Shown here piece after piece: positions 58,807-64,000 of a stretch of 64,000 nucleotides of DNA. The DNA comes from Candidatus Thorarchaeota archaeon (GTDB lineage: Archaea > Asgardarchaeota > Thorarchaeia > Thorarchaeales > Thorarchaeaceae), in NCBI GenBank assembly GCA_003345545.1, contig PRDH01000047.1, positions 1 to 64,000 on the forward strand, written 5' to 3'. The position numbers were made by a program, and so were the translations under genes. Within the stretch, counting starts at the first letter, position 1, and the number at the start of each line of letters is the position of its first letter. A model generated the notes under the pieces. The model did no database searches. It saw nothing but the letters and a program-made list of their open reading frames with translations, and had not been told where the DNA came from.

Positions 58807-60021
58807 TCACTTCCTCCCAGCAAGTGAGCCTTGGGGATGCCAGCATTCCACCCAGTGCCCAGGCTTCATTTCCTCTCTTGGAGGTCGTTCGTTACTGCAT
58901 TGCTCTGTCGCAAACTCACAGCGAGGGTGAAATCTGCAGCCTGTCGGCGGATTGATTAAGTTGGGGACTGTACCCATAATCTGCGTCAGTTTGGCAACCT
59001 TCTCGGTTAGCTTCGGAATGGCACGAAGAAGCCCAGATGTATAGGGATGAATGGGGTCCGAAAAAAGCTCCCTCGTATTCGTGTATTCTACCACAACCCC
59101 TGCGTACATCACTGCAACCTGAGTACAGGTTTCAGCGACCACACCGAGGTCGTGAGTGATGATAATGATGGAAGCATCCAATACGGCCTTGAGATCGTTC
59201 AGGAGTTTGAGTACCTGTGCTTGAACAGTGACGTCCAGAGCAGTCGTAGCTTCATCGGCTATCAGAATCTTTGGGTTGCAGGAGAGAGACATTGCAATAA
59301 GGGCTCTCTGTCGCATTCCTCCAGATAGTTCGTGCGGATACTGATTGGCTATCTCTGCTGCAGAAGGCATTCGTACCATATTGAGCATTTCTACAGCCTT
59401 CCGCTTTGCAGCTTTCTTGATTTCAGCATCAGTTGGTTTCGGAGGATTGGAAAGTTGTCCTCGCAGCTCCGCAAGACGTGAAGATATTTGATCAGCGGTT
59501 CTTCCTTCTGCCAATTTCAAAGCGTCTTCCATTGCTGCAATCTTCTCCTCAAGTATATCGAGTGATAGATCCTGATGTAGCCTAATTACTTCAGCAATTT
59601 GATCGCCGATTCTGAACACAGGATTCGGATAGGTTGCTGGATCTTGGAAAACAATCGAGATGTGATTGCCCCGGATCTTCCGCATCTCATCCTCTGAAAT
59701 CTTCAGAAGGTCTTTGACAACACGTGTGCCATCTTTTTCCTCATCCATGAAGAGAATCTCGCCAGCCTCGACTCTCCCAGGAGAATCCACGAGCCGCATG
59801 ATGGACTTTGCTGTCACGCTCTTGCCACACCCAGTCTCACCAACTAGCGCAAGAGTGTCACCTCGCCTCAGCTGAACTGTGACACCATCAAGCGCCTTGA
59901 CGACACCCTCGTACGTGTAGAAGTTCGTTTTCAGTTCCCTTATGTCAAGGATCAGGTTGGGATCCATCTCAAGCTCGGGCTCTGAGTTACTATCAGTATG
60001 CGACGTTTCATCTAAAGCCAT
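58807..60021 (-). CDS. dppD: Peptide ABC ATPase DppD with helical insertion
   Basis: GETGCGKS, LSGGMRQR, ADEAT, ITHD; about 50-aa helical insert. Confidence 0.93.
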   Translation of the reverse strand: MALDETSHTDSNSEPELEMDPNLILDIRELKTNFYTYEGVVKALDGVTVQLRRGDTLALVGETGCGKSVTAKSIMRLVDSPGRVEAGEILFMDEEKDGTRVVKDLLKISEDEMRKIRGNHISIVFQDPATYPNPVFRIGDQIAEVIRLHQDLSLDILEEKIAAMEDALKLAEGRTADQISSRLAELRGQLSNPPKPTDAEIKKAAKRKAVEMLNMVRMPSAAEIANQYPHELSGGMRQRALIAMSLSCNPKILIADEATTALDVTVQAQVLKLLNDLKAVLDASIIIITHDLGVVAETCTQVAVMYAGVVVEYTNTRELFSDPIHPYTSGLLRAIPKLTEKVAKLTQIMGTVPNLINPPTGCRFHPRCEFATEQCSNERPPREEMKPGHWVECWHPQGSLAGRK

Positions 60022-60024
60022 GGT

Positions 60025-61320
60025 CTAGCGCCTCCTCAGTTTGGGATCCAATATGTCTCGCACTCCATCACCTACAAGGTTGAACGAGAGCGCGCAGAGA
60101 AGAATCGCCATTCCTGGATAGAATGTCACCCAGTAGTTCATGAAGTGTTGCTGTCCCTGAGATATCATCAAGCCCCATTCCGCTGTCCCTGCCTCTGCAC
60201 CAAACCCGATGAAACTCAGACCAGCTGCAGTGAGGAGTACACCACCCATGTCAAGTGTCGCCTGAACAATGACCGGTTGAATTGTGTTCGGGAGAATGTG
60301 GAAAACAAGTATTCTCACATCAGAGGCACCGACAGAACGTGCAGCTTCAACGTAGAGCTTCTCACGCTCAATCAGCACCTGTCCTCTGACCAATCTAGCA
60401 TATGTCGGCCACCACACTACCATCAGAGCTATGCTGATGTTGTCAAGGTTCTTCTCACCGAGCGCTGCAACAATTGCCATCGCCAGTATAAGACCTGGGA
60501 AGGCAAAGAAGACATCAGTGATTCTCATGACTACCTCATCAACGGCACCGCCAAAGTAGCCAGCAGCCGCGCCAATAAACGAACCCAAGACAAGAGCAAT
60601 TGCCACGACTGCAATTGCAATCTTTAGATCGATTTGAGTGGCCCAAATGACCATGCTATAGATATCACCGCCATTTTGGTCAGTTCCCCAGATATGTGTT
60701 CCCCCGGGAGGCCGCATTGTTTCATACCAATTCCGCTCTGTCGGTCCATAGGGTGTGATGTAGGGAGCAAAGACTGCAAGAAGGATATACACGGCAATAA
60801 TGAGGATGCCAGCAATGACAAGAGGGCTCCTTCGAATGAGATGGAGCATATACCTCGATTCCTTGGCTCTTGGACCCATATCTTCCTTGAAGAGGTCCCA
60901 CCAGTACTTCTTGATGGCAGGAACAAATAACAATGCAATTGCTAGAAGATTGAACAGAATTGCTAGAATAAAGACAGCGCCAGCAAGCAGTATCATTAGG
61001 CCCATAAGTAGGTTTCCATAGATTACCCATGAGAAGGCATAGGTTTCGAGTTTTCGCAAATCCAGTCCGACACGAATAAGAAGAAAGCCAATCACGATCG
61101 TCGGTATTGCTATAGTGAAGAATGATCCCAGCACTCCGACCAAGGGAATGTCCCCTCCGTCGAAGAGATGATAGGCGTTGATGAACACCATAGAACCCGT
61201 TATCATGCCAATGATGGCAACGACAATCTGAAAGCCAGAGAATGCTGTGATCGATGATGGTGCCTCTTCGGTCTGTAAATCCCCTGTGATTGCAGCACTC
61301 CATGTGTCTTCTTGTGTCAT
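60025..61320 (-). CDS. dppC: Peptide ABC permease DppC with extra N-terminal TM domain
   Basis: HIWGTDQNGGD, YVEAARSVGA, EWG, FNLVGDGVRDILDP; ATG 61320 follows AGGAG. Confidence 0.93.
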   Translation of the reverse strand: MTQEDTWSAAITGDLQTEEAPSSITAFSGFQIVVAIIGMITGSMVFINAYHLFDGGDIPLVGVLGSFFTIAIPTIVIGFLLIRVGLDLRKLETYAFSWVIYGNLLMGLMILLAGAVFILAILFNLLAIALLFVPAIKKYWWDLFKEDMGPRAKESRYMLHLIRRSPLVIAGILIIAVYILLAVFAPYITPYGPTERNWYETMRPPGGTHIWGTDQNGGDIYSMVIWATQIDLKIAIAVVAIALVLGSFIGAAAGYFGGAVDEVVMRITDVFFAFPGLILAMAIVAALGEKNLDNISIALMVVWWPTYARLVRGQVLIEREKLYVEAARSVGASDVRILVFHILPNTIQPVIVQATLDMGGVLLTAAGLSFIGFGAEAGTAEWGLMISQGQQHFMNYWVTFYPGMAILLCALSFNLVGDGVRDILDPKLRRR

Positions 61321-61333
61321 TGTTCTCTCTCTC

Positions 61334-62359
61334 CTATCCATATCTAATTCTCGGATCCAGTGTTCCATAGATCAGGTCGACTACTAGATTTGCCGCAACA
61401 AAGATGAAAGCTACGAGCAGCGTGAATGCATTGATGCTCGGAATATCTGACTGCAGAATCGCACGTACGGACCATCGACCTAGACCGGGCCAGCTAAAGA
61501 TGGTCTCAGTAAGGACTGCTCCTGTCATCAACCCACCAAATGCCAGACCAATGACTGTTACAGTTGGTATCATAGCATTTCTCAGGGCATGCTTATAGAT
61601 GACCACTCTGTCTCGAAGACCCTTTGAGCGTGCGAGTGTTATGTAGTCTTCTTTGAGTACCTCCAACATGCTAGAACGCATCATCCTAGTGATGATAGCC
61701 AATGTAAGATAGCCCAAAGCGAAACCGGGCAGTATGAGATGGATTGCTGTATCAAAGAACAAGACAGGATTAAGAGTCAGAATAGAATCCAACAGCATGA
61801 AGTTGGTAATAGGAGTGTAGGAAACATACTCGTATGAATATCGACCTCCTTCCGGAAGGAAGGGTAGACCCCAGACGTAGAACTGATAGAAGAAGAGATA
61901 CTTCAGAATCAATGCAAACCAAAAGATGGGCATAGACACTCCTGCAAGGGCGACCACACGAGTAACATGGTCGGGCACTCTGTCCTTCTTGGTTGCGGAC
62001 AGGATGCCAAGTGGAATACCGGCTATAACTGCGAAAACCAGCGCGACCATAGCGAGCTCAATGGTCGCTGGGAATCTCTGGGCAATTGTCGCTGTTACGT
62101 CCATCCTTGCTGATCGGGAATATCCCCAATTACCCATCATCAAATCTCTCAGATAGAAGAAGAATTGAATATAGAGAGGTTGATTCAGGCCGTGCTCAGC
62201 CCTGATTCCAGGAATAGCCTCAATGGGTGTTCTTTCAGTCGTATATAGTGTAATCGGATCTCCGACCATATATGAAAGAACAAAAGTAATTGCGAGAACC
62301 CCGATCACTACAGGAATTGCGAGCAAGAGTCGCCGTATTATATAATCTCTAAGTTTCAT
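61334..62359 (-). CDS. dppB: Peptide ABC permease DppB
   Basis: YIIRRLL, RFPATIEL, ARSKGL, TETIFSWPGLG, DPRIRY. Confidence 0.95.
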   Translation of the reverse strand: MKLRDYIIRRLLLAIPVVIGVLAITFVLSYMVGDPITLYTTERTPIEAIPGIRAEHGLNQPLYIQFFFYLRDLMMGNWGYSRSARMDVTATIAQRFPATIELAMVALVFAVIAGIPLGILSATKKDRVPDHVTRVVALAGVSMPIFWFALILKYLFFYQFYVWGLPFLPEGGRYSYEYVSYTPITNFMLLDSILTLNPVLFFDTAIHLILPGFALGYLTLAIITRMMRSSMLEVLKEDYITLARSKGLRDRVVIYKHALRNAMIPTVTVIGLAFGGLMTGAVLTETIFSWPGLGRWSVRAILQSDIPSINAFTLLVAFIFVAANLVVDLIYGTLDPRIRYG

Positions 62360-62531
62360 GGTGAAACTAGCACCCGCGGTACACGAGTCAGTATGCCATT
62401 CTGCTATTGCATTGAAGAGGGCGAACCTTTTGTGCGTTATTTAAGGCTATGGTTCTCGGAATAAACCGTAACCTCATTTACGTAGGATATTCCGCCTAAT
62501 AACTGGGTATTGATGTGCGCAATAACCATCC

Positions 62532-62608
62532 AAAAAATGGAGAGTTCCGATTGAATGACATGACTCTTCGCTAAAAAAGATGGAGAAACCCTGCACTGTG
62601 GGCAGGGT
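62532..62608 (-). terminator. Hairpin plus two T-tracts downstream of rubrerythrin
   Basis: Minus strand ACCCTGC-N7-GCAGGGT, then TCTCCATCTTTTTT and a second TCTCCATTTTTT. Confidence 0.6.
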
Positions 62609-62626
62609 CCTAATCAAAGATGTTGC

Positions 62627-63208
62627 CTACACGAAGACATGTGGGAAGAAGAATCCCTTGGGATGGTCACATGCAGGGCATTTCTCAGGAGGATTGACTC
62701 CTTCATGGATGTAGCCGCAGTTTGCACAGCGCCACTTGATCTTCTCTTTTTTCTTCAGAATAGAACCATCAGCTATTTTCTCGGCTAGTCCGATGTATCG
62801 CTCATGGTGCCATGTTTCAGCTCGAGCAATCATTCTCCAGACAGCTGCAATCTTGGGAAAACCCTCCTTGTCAGCTATGTCTGCATAGCCAGGATACATG
62901 TTTGAGAACTCAAATTTCTCTCCTGCTGCTGCTGAGCGAAGGTTCTCCTCAGTGGTACCTATATGGCCTGTCGGGAAGTTCCACTCGACTTTGACCTCGG
63001 GTGTGCACTCACTCTCATTCATCAACTTGAAGAACCTTGATGCATGTTCGTACTCCTGTCTGGCAGTTTCCTCGAATACTTGGGATACATATTCGTAACC
63101 ATCATCGATGGCTGCCTTTGCGAATCTCTGATACCTATTTCTTGCCTGAGATTCACCGGCAAAAGATGTCAGTAGGTTCTTCTCAGTCTTTGTTCCAGTT
63201 AGCTTCAT
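62627..63208 (-). CDS. rbr: Rubrerythrin
   Basis: TEKNLLTSFAGESQARNRY, two ExxH motifs, WRCANCGY...CPAC; ATG 63208. Confidence 0.97.
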   Translation of the reverse strand: MKLTGTKTEKNLLTSFAGESQARNRYQRFAKAAIDDGYEYVSQVFEETARQEYEHASRFFKLMNESECTPEVKVEWNFPTGHIGTTEENLRSAAAGEKFEFSNMYPGYADIADKEGFPKIAAVWRMIARAETWHHERYIGLAEKIADGSILKKKEKIKWRCANCGYIHEGVNPPEKCPACDHPKGFFFPHVFV

Positions 63209-63344
63209 TATTCTCAACTCTCTCAATGGAGTCTATGCTCCATCTCTTTCTTCTCTAAGGCGAGAATGATACAACACGCGAGTTCTCGCTAATAAGACTG
63301 TCTTTGGGTCAGACTGACAGTTCATGGGTTGCTTCTCGCAACTA

Positions 63345-64000
63345 TCAACTGAGCTTTGAGGCGATTGCCTCTGCAAGTCTCTTGACCATCTCAGTTTCCT
63401 CTTTAGATGGTCTGCCTCTGACCTTAACGATGGGTTCTAGTACTTCCCACTTCATCTCCTCTGCCATCTTTTGGAGCTTCTCAAGAGCTCCGCCACCCCA
63501 GCCGAATGTTCCAAAGAAACCAACTGGCCTGGGTGCAAACCGCTTGCCCTGCAATTCATTGACATATGTCCATACTCTGGGAAACGGGAAAGCATCATAT
63601 GTAGGGGCACCAATAACAATGACTCCGGCTCGGACTGTATTTGTAATGATGTCACCTATGTCAGAGTATGAAACATTGTCTATCTTCACCTCAACGCCAA
63701 GGTTTAGCAACTCCTTCTTGAGTTTCATTGCTAGACGATGAGTATAGCCATACATTGTTCCATACACTATCGCGCAGTATTTGTCTAGCTTCGGGCTGCT
63801 CCACTCATCGTACTTGGAAACTATCCAGTTGGGATTCTTTCGATAGATAATTCCGTGACTCGGTGCTATGATCTTGATGTTGAGTCCCAGATCCTTGACC
63901 TTCTTGATGGCATTCTGGACGAACTTGAAATACGAGGTGATAATGACTGAAACATACCGTCTACTCTCACGTTCTACAAGTTCCATATTTGCCTCATCGT
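63345..64000 (-). CDS. fprA: FprA flavodiiron protein, C-terminal part (5' end lies outside the window)
   Basis: IAPSHG, YGTMYGYT, GAPTY, FGTFGWGGGA flavodoxin domain. Confidence 0.93.
   Translation of the reverse strand, partial: DEANMELVERESRRYVSVIITSYFKFVQNAIKKVKDLGLNIKIIAPSHGIIYRKNPNWIVSKYDEWSSPKLDKYCAIVYGTMYGYTHRLAMKLKKELLNLGVEVKIDNVSYSDIGDIITNTVRAGVIVIGAPTYDAFPFPRVWTYVNELQGKRFAPRPVGFFGTFGWGGGALEKLQKMAEEMKWEVLEPIVKVRGRPSKEETEMVKRLAEAIASKLS

Noticed and set aside
1-64000. CRISPR arrays, transposases, integrases, rRNA/tRNA genes and the many short overlapping ORFs
   Set aside because: No periodic repeats or recombinase/transposase motifs were seen; the short ORFs are shadows of well-supported genes.

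Overview
Archaeal chromosomal window, most likely from an Asgard archaeon and Thorarchaeia-like (inference from a Rab-like GTPase, a coatomer/adaptin-appendage-like protein, archaeal GGAGG/GAGGTG ribosome-binding sites and TATA elements, and a sequon-rich surface protein). It holds an Hdr operon (hdrA-GltD fusion, hdrC, hdrB, two complementary truncated hdrA genes, mvhD) divergent from a tungsten-type aldehyde:ferredoxin oxidoreductase. It also has tldD/pmbA, two peptide ABC (Dpp/Opp) operons, a pair of permease-less degenerate Dpp-type ATPases, tandem DUF4139 genes, peptidases, a class I GAPDH, oxidative-stress genes (rubredoxin, rubrerythrin, FprA) and many accessory genes. I saw no tRNA, rRNA, CRISPR array, transposase or integrase. 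Best observations beyond the ORF track: (1) three decayed 3'-end gene copies (tldE, a nucleotidyltransferase, dppF-like), each in the same orientation as an intact homologue and separated from it by 1-3 cargo genes; (2) a membrane-anchored beta-COP/adaptin ear-like protein with a Zn ribbon; (3) a Rab-like GTPase followed directly by a pseudogenised Yip1 gene; (4) a ubiquitin-like protein whose di-Gly is masked by a tail; (5) an EF-hand in an M48 protease; (6) two unlisted small genes. All alignments were made by eye, with no database searches.
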